Position numbers and translations under genes: made by a program. From Acidimicrobiia bacterium (GTDB lineage Bacteria > Actinomycetota > Acidimicrobiia > IMCC26256 > PALSA-555), in contig JANOHN010000013.1 in the NCBI GenBank assembly GCA_031406505.1, positions 2,455-26,454 of the forward strand: DNA of 24,000 nt, given 5' to 3'. Below are positions 1 to 7,829 of the stretch, one piece after another (the stretch's first letter is position 1; the number at the start of each line of letters is the position of its first letter). The notes under the pieces are model-generated. The model was not told where the DNA came from. It made no database searches and saw only the letters and a program-made list of their open reading frames with translations.

Positions 1-722
1 ACTCCGACTGGTCGGATGGCGGGCACACGATCGAGGCCATGGTCGAAGCCGCGATCGAACTCGGCCACGACTACCTCGCGATCACCGATCACTCGCCATA
101 CGTCCGGGTGGCGCACGGCCTCGACGCCGCGCGGCTCAGCGAGCAGCTCGACGTGATTGCCGAGATCAACGAGCGCGTCGCCCCCTTCCGGCTGCTCGCC
201 GGCATGGAAGTCGACATCCTCAGCGCCGGCACGCTCGACATGGAGGACGAGCTGCTCGAGCGCCTCGACGTGGTCGTCGGCAGCGTGCACTCGAAGCTCG
301 CGATGGACCCACAGCCGATGACCGACCGCATGGTGGCCGCGCTGGCGAACCCACACGTCGACATCCTCGGGCACTGCACCGGCCGGCTCATCGTCGGACG
401 CGGCCGCGACGAGTCGCAGTTCGACGCGGAGCTCGTGTTCGCCGCCGCGGCGCACTTCGACAAGGCGGTCGAGCTGAACTCCCGCCCCGAGCGCCTCGAT
501 CCGCCCATGCGGCTCATGCCGCTGCTCGTCGAGTCCGGGGCCAAGGTGTCAATCGACTCCGATGCCCACGCCACGTGGCAGCTGGCCTGGCAGCCCAACG
601 GCTGCCACCGTGCCGCCGAGGCCGGCGTGCCGATCGAGCGCATCGTGAACACCTGGCCGGTCGACGACCTGCTCGCCTGGACGGGGGCGCACGGAACCGG
701 CAACACCGCCGGAAGCGGATAG
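1..722 (+). CDS. PHP-domain phosphoesterase, probably the C-terminal domain of a PolX-family DNA polymerase/exonuclease (5' end outside the window)
   Basis: The frame is open from nt 3 (SDWSDGGHTIEAMVEAAIELGHDYLAITDHS...), so the ATG at 39 is internal. PHP-type His/Asp metal-ligand motifs are present (SDG, TDHS, GMEVD, SVHS, LGHC, DSDAH). Stop TAG 720-722. Confidence 0.7.
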   Translation, partial: SDWSDGGHTIEAMVEAAIELGHDYLAITDHSPYVRVAHGLDAARLSEQLDVIAEINERVAPFRLLAGMEVDILSAGTLDMEDELLERLDVVVGSVHSKLAMDPQPMTDRMVAALANPHVDILGHCTGRLIVGRGRDESQFDAELVFAAAAHFDKAVELNSRPERLDPPMRLMPLLVESGAKVSIDSDAHATWQLAWQPNGCHRAAEAGVPIERIVNTWPVDDLLAWTGAHGTGNTAGSG

Positions 723-754
723 TCCGGGCGGGACATGTGTCGTACAACGGACCC

Positions 755-1618
755 ATGACCATGACAACCACGTCGCCAACCGCGCCTTCAGAGCTCACCG
801 ATCTCGTCGAGTCGGCCTGCCGGCTCATCGACGCGACCGATGATCGCGTCCCGACCGTCGGCGAGCTCGCCGGCAGCCTCGGCGTTTCCCCCGACGCACT
901 CCGCCGCGCGTTCACGCGCGTACTGGGTGTGACACCGCGTCAGTTCGCCGACACGCGACGGCGTGAGCGTCTGCGCGACGGGCTCCGCAGCGGCGACCAG
1001 GTGTCGATCGCGCTGTTCTCGGCCGGCTACGGATCGACGAGTCGGCTGTACGAGTCCGCCGATGATCACCTCGGGATGACACCTGCTTCGTACAAGGCCG
1101 GCGGCGCGGGTGCCACCGTTGTGTACGCGATCGTCGACTCACCGCTCGGCACGCTCCTTGTCGGAGTGACCGAGCGCGGCCTTTGCGCAGTCGATCTTGC
1201 CGACGACGAGCTCGAAGCCGACGCGCGCGTCCACCGCGAGTTCCACGCCGCCGAGCTGGTGCGCGACGACGGCGCCCTGCAAGAGATCGTCGACGAGGTG
1301 CTCGGCCGGATCGAAGGTCGCGCGCCGGCCCGCGAGCTCCCCCTCGACATCCGCGGCACCGCCTTCCAACGTCGCGTGTGGGAAGAGCTTCGGCGCATCC
1401 CGCTCGGCGAGACCCGCACGTACGGCGAGGTTGCGGAAGCGATCGGTTCACCGCGCGCGGTGCGCGCCGTCGGCACCGCGTGCGGCGCCAACCCCGTCGC
1501 AATCGTGGTGCCGTGTCACCGAGTGCTGCCCGCGTCGGGTGGCGTCGGCAACTACGGCGGCGGCCCCCACCGCAAGCGCCAACTTCTCAGCGCCGAACAC
1601 GCCCTCCCAGCGGACTGA
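755..1618 (+). CDS. AraC-type HTH fused to methylated-DNA-protein-cysteine (O6-alkylguanine) methyltransferase
   Basis: ATG 755 (in-frame alternative GTG 737). N-terminal AraC HTH (LGVSPDALRRAFTRVLGVTPRQF, GYGSTSRLYE). C-terminal MGMT with PCHRV active site and RRVWEELRRIPLGETRTYGEVA. The Arg-rich 575-754 part of the tracked ORF overlaps the upstream CDS and is discounted. Confidence 0.85.
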   Translation: MTMTTTSPTAPSELTDLVESACRLIDATDDRVPTVGELAGSLGVSPDALRRAFTRVLGVTPRQFADTRRRERLRDGLRSGDQVSIALFSAGYGSTSRLYESADDHLGMTPASYKAGGAGATVVYAIVDSPLGTLLVGVTERGLCAVDLADDELEADARVHREFHAAELVRDDGALQEIVDEVLGRIEGRAPARELPLDIRGTAFQRRVWEELRRIPLGETRTYGEVAEAIGSPRAVRAVGTACGANPVAIVVPCHRVLPASGGVGNYGGGPHRKRQLLSAEHALPAD

Positions 1619-1632
1619 ACCCCTGCTCCGCC

Positions 1633-1638
1633 TAACCT
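1633..1638 (+). promoter_or_regulatory. -10-like hexamer TAACCT, 7 nt upstream of the mature 5' end of tRNA-Ser
   Basis: Matches the actinobacterial -10 pattern TANNNT. The 7-nt spacing to G1646 is the same geometry seen at several leaderless CDS starts in this window. Confidence 0.35.
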
Positions 1639-1645
1639 GATCGAC

Positions 1646-1730
1646 GGAGGGATGCCGGAGCGGCCGAACGGTCCCGCCTTGAAAGCGGGTGAGGCGCAAG
1701 CCTCCGTGGGTTCAAATCCCACTCCCTCCG
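1646..1730 (+). tRNA. tRNA-Ser (anticodon UGA), type II with long variable arm; CCA not encoded
   Basis: Hand-folded cloverleaf. Acceptor GGAGGGA/TCCCTCC, 3-bp D stem CCG/CGG, anticodon stem CCCGC/GCGGG with loop CTTGAAA. Variable arm GAGGC-GCAA-GCCTC, T arm GTGGG-TTCAAAT-CCCAC, discriminator G. Confidence 0.9.
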
Positions 1731-1739
1731 CTGAGCGCC

Positions 1740-1758
1740 GGGGAGGCAGGCCCTCCCT
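1740..1758. terminator. Short GC hairpin between convergent tRNA-Ser and serS (possible bidirectional terminator)
   Basis: GGGAGG (1741-1746) / CCTCCC (1752-1757) with a 5-nt loop. No T-tract. Confidence 0.3.
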
Positions 1759-1764
1759 CAAGCC

Positions 1765-3015
1765 TTACGTTCGCTCCACGCGTTCGAATCCGGCGAGCGC
1801 GCGTAGCGCGTCGGGCACCACGAATGCGCCGTTCTCCTGGTAGTGCTCCCAGAGGAAGACGAGCGTGCGACCGACGGCACACGCGGTTCCGTTCAGCGTG
1901 TGGACGAACTCACTGCCCTGCGCGGTCTTCACACGCGTGTTGAGACGCCGGGCTGAGAAGTCGCGGTAGTTCGAGCACGACGTGAGCTCGCGGTAGCGAC
2001 CTTCTGACGGGAGCCATACCTCGACGTCGTACTTCCTGGCTGCCGCGGCGCCGAGATCACCCGCCGCGATGTTCACCACCCGGTACGGCAAGTCCAGTGC
2101 CGTGAAGATCGCCTCTTCGATGGCGAGCAGCTGCTCGTGCTCGTCGTCGGACGCGTCGGGTGTGGTGAAGCTGAACATCTCCACCTTGTCGAACTGGTGC
2201 ACGCGGAAGATGCCGGTCGTGTCCTTGCCGTGCGTGCCGGCCTCGCGCCGGAAGCACGTGGAGATGCCGGCGTAGCGGCGCGGCATGGATTCAGCGTCGA
2301 GTCGCTCGCCGCGATGCAGCGCCGCAAGCGGCACCTCGCTCGTCCCAACCAGGAACAGCTCGCCGCCATCAACCTCGTAGACCTGGTTGCGGTCCGTCGG
2401 GAAGAACCCGGCTTCCTCCATCGCCTGTTCACGCACCAGCACCGGTGGCACCACGGGTGTGAAGCCAGCAACGACCAATCGATCGATGACCCACCGAACG
2501 AGCGCGAGCTCCACGAGCACTGCTTGTCCCATCACCGAAGCGAACCGCGAGCCACTCGTCTCGACCGCGTGACGGGTCTCGACGAATCCCATCGCCTCCG
2601 CGAGCGCGCCGTGATCGAGCGGAGGTGCCGCGGCCGGAGGGTCGCCGACGACGCGCACCACATCGCCGTCTTCCTCACCGCCATCGGGAACATCGGGATC
2701 GGCGGGGTTCGGTACCCGGAGCGCCACATCGCGCAGCCTCCGTTCCAGCAGTGCGAGCTCGTCCTCGGCCGCTTTGCCGCGCTCCTTCAGCGCCGACGCT
2801 TCCTCCTTGCGTGCGTCACGCTCGTCGGCCGCCGCGCTCCCGATCGCCTTCGAGATCGTCTTCTGCTGCGCTCGGAGCTCTTCGACCGTCGTGCGCTGCG
2901 CTCGTGCTTCGGCGTCGATGCCGAGCACCTCGTCGATCAATCCAGGCCCGACGCGCTTGCGCGTGATCCCCGCGCGGTACTCCGGGTCGTCGCGCAGTCG
3001 ACGAAGGTCGATCAC
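1765..3015 (-). CDS. serS: Seryl-tRNA synthetase
   Basis: 416 aa, GTG start. N-terminal coiled-coil arm (IDLRRLRDDPE..., EELRAQQKTISKAIG). Class II motifs (FRREAG, GTACAVGRTLVFLWE). Only 6 nt downstream of the pheA stop. Confidence 0.95.
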   Translation of the reverse strand: MIDLRRLRDDPEYRAGITRKRVGPGLIDEVLGIDAEARAQRTTVEELRAQQKTISKAIGSAAADERDARKEEASALKERGKAAEDELALLERRLRDVALRVPNPADPDVPDGGEEDGDVVRVVGDPPAAAPPLDHGALAEAMGFVETRHAVETSGSRFASVMGQAVLVELALVRWVIDRLVVAGFTPVVPPVLVREQAMEEAGFFPTDRNQVYEVDGGELFLVGTSEVPLAALHRGERLDAESMPRRYAGISTCFRREAGTHGKDTTGIFRVHQFDKVEMFSFTTPDASDDEHEQLLAIEEAIFTALDLPYRVVNIAAGDLGAAAARKYDVEVWLPSEGRYRELTSCSNYRDFSARRLNTRVKTAQGSEFVHTLNGTACAVGRTLVFLWEHYQENGAFVVPDALRALAGFERVERT

Positions 3016-3021
3016 CGCCCG

Positions 3022-3945
3022 TCAGTCGCCTTCGCGAACCTGTGCGCGCAACGAGTCGAGCCAGTCGCTCGCGGTCTTCCACGCTTTCGTGGCCGCGCGG
3101 CGGTGCTCGTGCCCTTGTTCGCCGGCCACCGGATACGAACCGAGGAACTTCACGTCGGCCTGGTTCGCAACGAGATTGCGCAAGCAATCCGCGATCACTT
3201 CGTCGTCGACGTGTCCGCGGAAATCGATGAAGAAGCAGTACTGGCCGAGACCACTCTTGGTAGGTCGTGACTCCAGCTTCGTGAGGTTGATGGCGCGCGC
3301 CGCGAACTCTTGGAGGATCGAAAGCAGCGAGCCCGGGCGATCCTCCCGTTGGAAGCAGACGATCGATGTCTTGTCGTGCCCGGTCGACTTCGGGATCCCG
3401 AGGCCGACCAGCACGAACCGCGTCTCGTTCTCAGGGTGGTCCTCGATCTCCGAGGCCAGCACATCCAAGCCGGCGAGCTCCGCGCCGAACGCGGTGCCGA
3501 TCGATGCCACGTCGGAGCGGTCGGAGGTGCCGACTTGGTTGGCGGCTTCGGCGGTCGAGTTGGCCGCGACGAGCTCCGCTTCGGGCAGCTTGCTCGCCAA
3601 CCACGTGCGGCACTGCCCGAGCGGGTTTGGGTGCGACACGACCGTGCGAATGTCGGCGAGCCGTGTGCCGGGGCGCACGCACAGGTGGAGCGAGATCGGC
3701 AGGTCGACTTCACGTTGGATGAGCAGATCCGTATCGAAGGCAAGCGTGTCGAGCGTGACTGCGACGGTGCCCTCGATCGAGTTTTCCAGCGGCACGAGAC
3801 CAATATCGACTTCGCTTCGCTCGACCGCCGTGATCACCTGCGGGACGGTGCGGAATGGAATCTGCTCACCCGCAGCGAGGTCGCTCTGCGTCAGCAACGC
3901 CTCTTCGGCAAACGTGCCGTGAGGACCCAAGAAGCCGACGCGCAT
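3022..3945 (-). CDS. pheA: Prephenate dehydratase with C-terminal ACT domain
   Basis: Start taken at ATG 3945 ([16 protein letters not shown]...) rather than 4068. PDT motifs, ETRFVLVG, and an ACT region ([35 protein letters not shown]). Confidence 0.9.
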   Translation of the reverse strand: MRVGFLGPHGTFAEEALLTQSDLAAGEQIPFRTVPQVITAVERSEVDIGLVPLENSIEGTVAVTLDTLAFDTDLLIQREVDLPISLHLCVRPGTRLADIRTVVSHPNPLGQCRTWLASKLPEAELVAANSTAEAANQVGTSDRSDVASIGTAFGAELAGLDVLASEIEDHPENETRFVLVGLGIPKSTGHDKTSIVCFQREDRPGSLLSILQEFAARAINLTKLESRPTKSGLGQYCFFIDFRGHVDDEVIADCLRNLVANQADVKFLGSYPVAGEQGHEHRRAATKAWKTASDWLDSLRAQVREGD

Positions 3946-3952
3946 CACGACG

Positions 3953-3958
3953 ATGGTA
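3953..3958 (-). promoter_or_regulatory. -10-like hexamer TACCAT, 7 nt upstream of the pheA ATG (predicted leaderless transcript)
   Basis: The reverse complement of atggta (3953-3958) is TACCAT, matching TANNNT. It is followed by 7 nt, then ATG at 3945. No Shine-Dalgarno sequence. Confidence 0.4.
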
Positions 3959-3999
3959 GTGGCGGCCTTTCCGAACACCCGGCTCCGTTTCGCCCCGCC

Positions 4000-4005
4000 T
4001 AACGT
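4000..4005 (+). promoter_or_regulatory. -10-like hexamer TAACGT, 6 nt upstream of the DUF2203 GTG (predicted leaderless transcript)
   Basis: TAACGT matches TANNNT. It is followed by 6 nt, then GTG at 4012. No Shine-Dalgarno sequence. Confidence 0.4.
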
Positions 4006-4011
4006 CGCGAC

Positions 4012-4380
4012 GTGCGCATCTGGACACACGAAGAGGCAACGGCCGCCCTCCCAGAAGTCGCCGCGCAAGTACGCCGACTTCGCGAGCTCATCGAAGCCGC
4101 GCGCACGACGTCCGGCGGCAACGGCGCGCAGCCGTCAGGCAACGGCCATGGTCCGGCGACATCGGGATCAGGAGAGGTGCAGGCGATTCTCACCGAGCTC
4201 ACCGACCAGGGGATCGTCGTCAGAGACCCCGAACGCGGCCTCATCGACTTCCCCGCAGAGGCACCGGGCGGTCGTACCTACTTGTTGTGCTGGCTCGACG
4301 GCGAAGACTCGATCGACTGGTGGCACTGGCAAGAGGACGGATTCGCCGGCCGCACTCCGCTCTCAGAACCGCCGGAGTAA
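4012..4380 (+). CDS. DUF2203-family protein of unknown function
   Basis: 122 aa, GTG start. The C-terminal half ([51 protein letters not shown]) matches my recollection of the DUF2203 signature. A Gly/Ser/Asn-rich insert sits in the middle. Confidence 0.65.
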   Translation: MRIWTHEEATAALPEVAAQVRRLRELIEAARTTSGGNGAQPSGNGHGPATSGSGEVQAILTELTDQGIVVRDPERGLIDFPAEAPGGRTYLLCWLDGEDSIDWWHWQEDGFAGRTPLSEPPE

Positions 4381-4384
4381 CGCG

Positions 4385-5125
4385 TCAGCTGCGCGAGGAA
4401 GCGACCGCGGCGCCGACGATGCCGGCTTCGTTGAGGAGCTGCGCGGGCACGATCTCGGCGCGCGTGCGCACGTGCGGCAGGAACTTCTCGTGCTTCTTGC
4501 TCACCCCACCCCCGACCACGATGAGGTCGGGCCAGATCAACGCTTCGAGGTGCGCGAAGTACTCGGTGAGCCGCTTCGCCCACTGCTTCCAGGAGAGCTG
4601 CTCGCGCTCTCGCACGATCTCGGCCGCGCGATGTTCGGCTTCCTTGCCGCGGATCACGAGATGCCCGAGCTCGCTGTTTGGCACGAGCAGCCCGTCGACG
4701 AAGACCGCACTGCCGATGCCGGTCCCCAACGTGACCATGACGACCGTGTCGGTTCGGCCGCGTCCAGCACCGAACTCCATCTCGGCGATCCCCGCGGCGT
4801 CCGCGTCGTTGAGCACCTCGACCTCCGCGCCTCCGCACACGCGAGAAAACAGCGACGCGGCGTCACACCCGATCCACGACGCGTCGACATTCGCGGCAGT
4901 TCCGACGATGCCCTGCTTGACGACCGCGGGAAACGTCGCGCCGATGGGACCCGTCCAGTCGAACTCATGCGCAATCTGGGCGACCACGTCCGCGACCGCG
5001 TCCGGCGTCGCGGGTGCAGGCGTTGGAATCCGATGACGCGGCGCGATCAACTCGCCGGTCTTGGTGTCGACCGGCGCGCCCTTGATCCCGGTCCCGCCAA
5101 CATCAACGCCGAGTCGTGTGCTCAT
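4385..5125 (-). CDS. ppgK: Polyphosphate/ATP glucokinase, ROK family
   Basis: Start at ATG 5125 ([20 protein letters not shown]...). Collinear with mycobacterial PPGK ([38 protein letters not shown]). The upstream 150 aa of the tracked ORF run antisense into pgi and are discounted. Confidence 0.88.
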   Translation of the reverse strand: MSTRLGVDVGGTGIKGAPVDTKTGELIAPRHRIPTPAPATPDAVADVVAQIAHEFDWTGPIGATFPAVVKQGIVGTAANVDASWIGCDAASLFSRVCGGAEVEVLNDADAAGIAEMEFGAGRGRTDTVVMVTLGTGIGSAVFVDGLLVPNSELGHLVIRGKEAEHRAAEIVREREQLSWKQWAKRLTEYFAHLEALIWPDLIVVGGGVSKKHEKFLPHVRTRAEIVPAQLLNEAGIVGAAVASSRS

Positions 5126-5138
5126 TGCCCTGGACTCG

Positions 5139-5148
5139 ACAGTACCGT
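5139..5148. promoter_or_regulatory. Two overlapping, opposed -10-like hexamers for divergent ppgK and pgi
   Basis: Plus strand: TACCGT (5143-5148) followed by 7 nt, then GTG 5156 (pgi, leaderless geometry). Minus strand: TACTGT (5144-5139) followed by 13 nt, then ATG 5125 (ppgK). The two hexamers share the TA at 5143-5144. Confidence 0.35.
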
Positions 5149-5155
5149 GGGCCGC

Positions 5156-6790
5156 GTGACTGCGCGCCTCGAGAAGACGGCCGAGTGGCGAACGCTCGTC
5201 GCCCACGCCAAGACGGTGAAGCAACTCGATTTGCGCGAGACCTTCGCCGCCGACGGCCAGCGCGGTGAACGCCTGACGCTCGAGCTCGACGGGCTCTTCG
5301 TCGACTACTCGAAGAACCTCGTCACCGACGAGACGATCACGCTGCTCCTCGCCCTCGCCGAGCGCTGCGGTCTCGCGGCACGCCGTGACGCGATGTTCGC
5401 CGGCGAGAAGATCAACGTCACCGAGGACCGGCCTGTTCTCCACGTCGCGTTGCGCGCTCCTGCGGGCGCGCATCTGGAGGTCGACGGCGTCGACGTGGTT
5501 CCCGAGGTCCACCGGGTCTTGGCGAAGATGGCCGACTTCTCCGACCGGGTTCGCTCCGGCGCGTGGACTGGTCACACCGGTCAGCGCGTGCGCAACATCG
5601 TCAACGTCGGCATCGGCGGGTCAGACCTCGGGCCGGCGATGGCGTACGAGGCGTTGCGCGACTTCTCGCAGCGGGACCTCCAGTTCCGCTTCGTGAGCAA
5701 CGTGGACGCGACCGACTTCTGGGAGTCGGTACGTGATCTCGACCCAGCCGAGACGCTGTTCGTCATCTGCTCCAAGACGTTCGGCACCTTGGAAACGCTC
5801 ACGAACGCGCGCACCGCACGCGACTGGTTGCTGGACGGCTTGGGTTGTGATCACCGCGCGGTCGCCAAGCACTTCGTCGCCGTTTCCACGAATGCCGAGC
5901 TGGTCGAGGAGTTCGGCATCGACCCCACGAACATGTTCGAGTTCTGGGACTGGGTCGGCGGCCGCTATTCGTTCGAATCGGCGATCGGCCTCTCACTCAT
6001 GATCGCGATCGGCGCGGAGCAGTTCACCGAGATGCTCGACGGATTTCATGCCGTCGACCGGCACTTCCACACCGAGCCGCTCGCGCGCAACGTGCCCGTC
6101 GTGCTGGGCTTGCTCGACGTTTGGTACGCGACGTTCCTCGGCGCGCAAAGCCAAGCGATCCTCCCTTACAGCCAATACCTCGCGCAGTTTCCCGCGTACC
6201 TGCAACAGCTCGAGATGGAGAGCAACGGCAAGTCCGTCACGCTCGATGGCGAGGCCGTGCACTGGGATACCGGCGCGGTCGTTTGGGGCCAGCCCGGCAC
6301 GAACGGTCAACACGCCTACTACCAGCTGATCCACCAGGGCACTCGGCTCATCCCATGCGACTTCATCGGGTTCGTGCACGCAGCCCATGAGCTCGGCAAC
6401 CACCAAGACCTGCTCATGGCGAACTTTCTGGCCCAGACCGAGGCGCTCGCTTTCGGCAAGACCCCGTCGGAGGTCGCGGCCGAAGGCGTGCCTCCTGAGC
6501 AGGTGCCACACCGAACCTTCGCGGGCAACCGCCCGACCACGTCGATCCTCGCCGAGCGCTTGACGCCGCGGACGCTCGGGCAACTCGTGGCGGTGTACGA
6601 GCACCGCGTGTTCACGCAAGGCGCGATCTGGCAGATCAACTCATTCGATCAATGGGGCGTCGAGCTGGGCAAGGCTCTCGCGGCGCGGATCGTCCCCGAG
6701 CTGGAGTCCAAGGATGCGCCCCGTCTCGAACACGACTCATCCACGAACGCGCTGATCGCGCGCTACCGACGCCTGCGGCAGCAAACATGA
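5156..6790 (+). CDS. pgi: Glucose-6-phosphate isomerase
   Basis: Pgi similarity begins at [14 protein letters not shown]. Motifs [62 protein letters not shown]. Start GTG 5156 (alternative GTG 5147). The tracked ORF start at 3953 is spurious. Confidence 0.93.
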   Translation: MTARLEKTAEWRTLVAHAKTVKQLDLRETFAADGQRGERLTLELDGLFVDYSKNLVTDETITLLLALAERCGLAARRDAMFAGEKINVTEDRPVLHVALRAPAGAHLEVDGVDVVPEVHRVLAKMADFSDRVRSGAWTGHTGQRVRNIVNVGIGGSDLGPAMAYEALRDFSQRDLQFRFVSNVDATDFWESVRDLDPAETLFVICSKTFGTLETLTNARTARDWLLDGLGCDHRAVAKHFVAVSTNAELVEEFGIDPTNMFEFWDWVGGRYSFESAIGLSLMIAIGAEQFTEMLDGFHAVDRHFHTEPLARNVPVVLGLLDVWYATFLGAQSQAILPYSQYLAQFPAYLQQLEMESNGKSVTLDGEAVHWDTGAVVWGQPGTNGQHAYYQLIHQGTRLIPCDFIGFVHAAHELGNHQDLLMANFLAQTEALAFGKTPSEVAAEGVPPEQVPHRTFAGNRPTTSILAERLTPRTLGQLVAVYEHRVFTQGAIWQINSFDQWGVELGKALAARIVPELESKDAPRLEHDSSTNALIARYRRLRQQT

Positions 6791-6800
6791 AGGGTGGACG

Positions 6801-7814
6801 ATGCAACTCGGGATGATCGGCCTCGGTCGGATGGGCGCCAACCTCGTGCGACGACTCATGCAGGGCGGTCACGAGTGCGTGGCCTACGACGTCGACGCGG
6901 CCGCGGTGCAGGCACTCCAGGGAGAGGGCGCGGTCGGCGCGACCACGCTCGCCGACTTCGTGCACGCGCTGGCGAAGCCTCGTGCGATCTGGATCATGGT
7001 GCCGGCCGCCGTCGTGGAGTCGAGCCTCGGTGAGCTCGTGCCCCTGCTCGATGAGGGCGACATCGTCATCGACGGCGGGAACACCTACTACCACGACGAC
7101 ATCCGCAGAGCCCGCGAGCTCGGCGCGAAGGGCATCCACTTCGTCGACATCGGCACGAGCGGTGGCGTGTTCGGCGCCGACCGAGGCTTCTGCCTGATGG
7201 TCGGCGGTGAACCCGCAGTGGTCGCGCACATCGAACCGCTCCTGGCCACGATCGCGCCCGGCATCGACGCTGCGCCGCGCACACCGGGCCGCTCCGGAGA
7301 TCCTTCACCGGCCGAGCACGGATACCTGCACTGTGGACCCAACGGCGCGGGTCACTTCGTGAAGATGGTGCACAACGGCATCGAATACGGGCTGATGGCC
7401 GCGTATGCCGAGGGTCTGAATGTGCTGCAACACGCGAACGCGGGCAGCGAGACCCGTGTTGTGAACGCCGAGACCACGCCGCTGCGCAACCCCGAGCTGT
7501 ATCAGTACGACCTCGACATCCCGGCCGTCGCCGAGGTATGGCGTCGAGGGAGCGTGGTCGCGTCGTGGCTCCTTGACCTCACGGCGCACGCGCTCAGCGA
7601 GTCACCCGATCTCGCCGACTTCGAAGGGCGGGTGTCGGACTCGGGCGAGGGACGTTGGACGGTGCTCGCCGCCGTCGATGAAGGCGTACCCGTGCCCGTG
7701 TTGAGCACCGCGCTTTACTCCCGGTTCGAGTCGCGGGGCGAGGCCGACTATGCCGACCGTCTCCTTTCGGCAATGCGCAAGGAGTTCGGCGGGCACGACG
7801 AGCAGTCGAAATAG
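6801..7814 (+). CDS. gnd: 6-phosphogluconate dehydrogenase (decarboxylating), short Gnd2/YqeC-type
   Basis: 337 aa. Rossmann motif GMIGLGRMGANL, plus GGNTYY and HFVKMVHNGIEYG. A purine-rich AAGGGTGGA lies upstream of the ATG. Starts 10 nt after the pgi stop. Confidence 0.9.
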   Translation: MQLGMIGLGRMGANLVRRLMQGGHECVAYDVDAAAVQALQGEGAVGATTLADFVHALAKPRAIWIMVPAAVVESSLGELVPLLDEGDIVIDGGNTYYHDDIRRARELGAKGIHFVDIGTSGGVFGADRGFCLMVGGEPAVVAHIEPLLATIAPGIDAAPRTPGRSGDPSPAEHGYLHCGPNGAGHFVKMVHNGIEYGLMAAYAEGLNVLQHANAGSETRVVNAETTPLRNPELYQYDLDIPAVAEVWRRGSVVASWLLDLTAHALSESPDLADFEGRVSDSGEGRWTVLAAVDEGVPVPVLSTALYSRFESRGEADYADRLLSAMRKEFGGHDEQSK

Positions 7815-7829
7815 CAAGGAGCCCCACCC

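Noticed and set aside
575-754. The N-terminal 60-aa extension of the methyltransferase ORF, overlapping the end of the PHP-domain gene.
   Set aside because: The extension is Arg-rich and out of frame with a motif-bearing CDS. AraC-HTH similarity begins after the ATG at 755 (or the GTG at 737).
2137-3922. Plus-strand ORFs of 377 and 382 aa opposite serS and pheA.
   Set aside because: These are antisense shadow ORFs with no motifs. serS and pheA are clearly the real genes.
3953-5155. The 945-aa tracked ORF suggests a giant Pgi with a 400-aa N-terminal extension.
   Set aside because: The extension is Arg/Ser/Ala-rich with no recognisable motif. It overlaps the DUF2203 CDS out of frame and runs antisense to ppgK. 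Pgi similarity starts only at about 5156, where a -10 box / GTG geometry fits.
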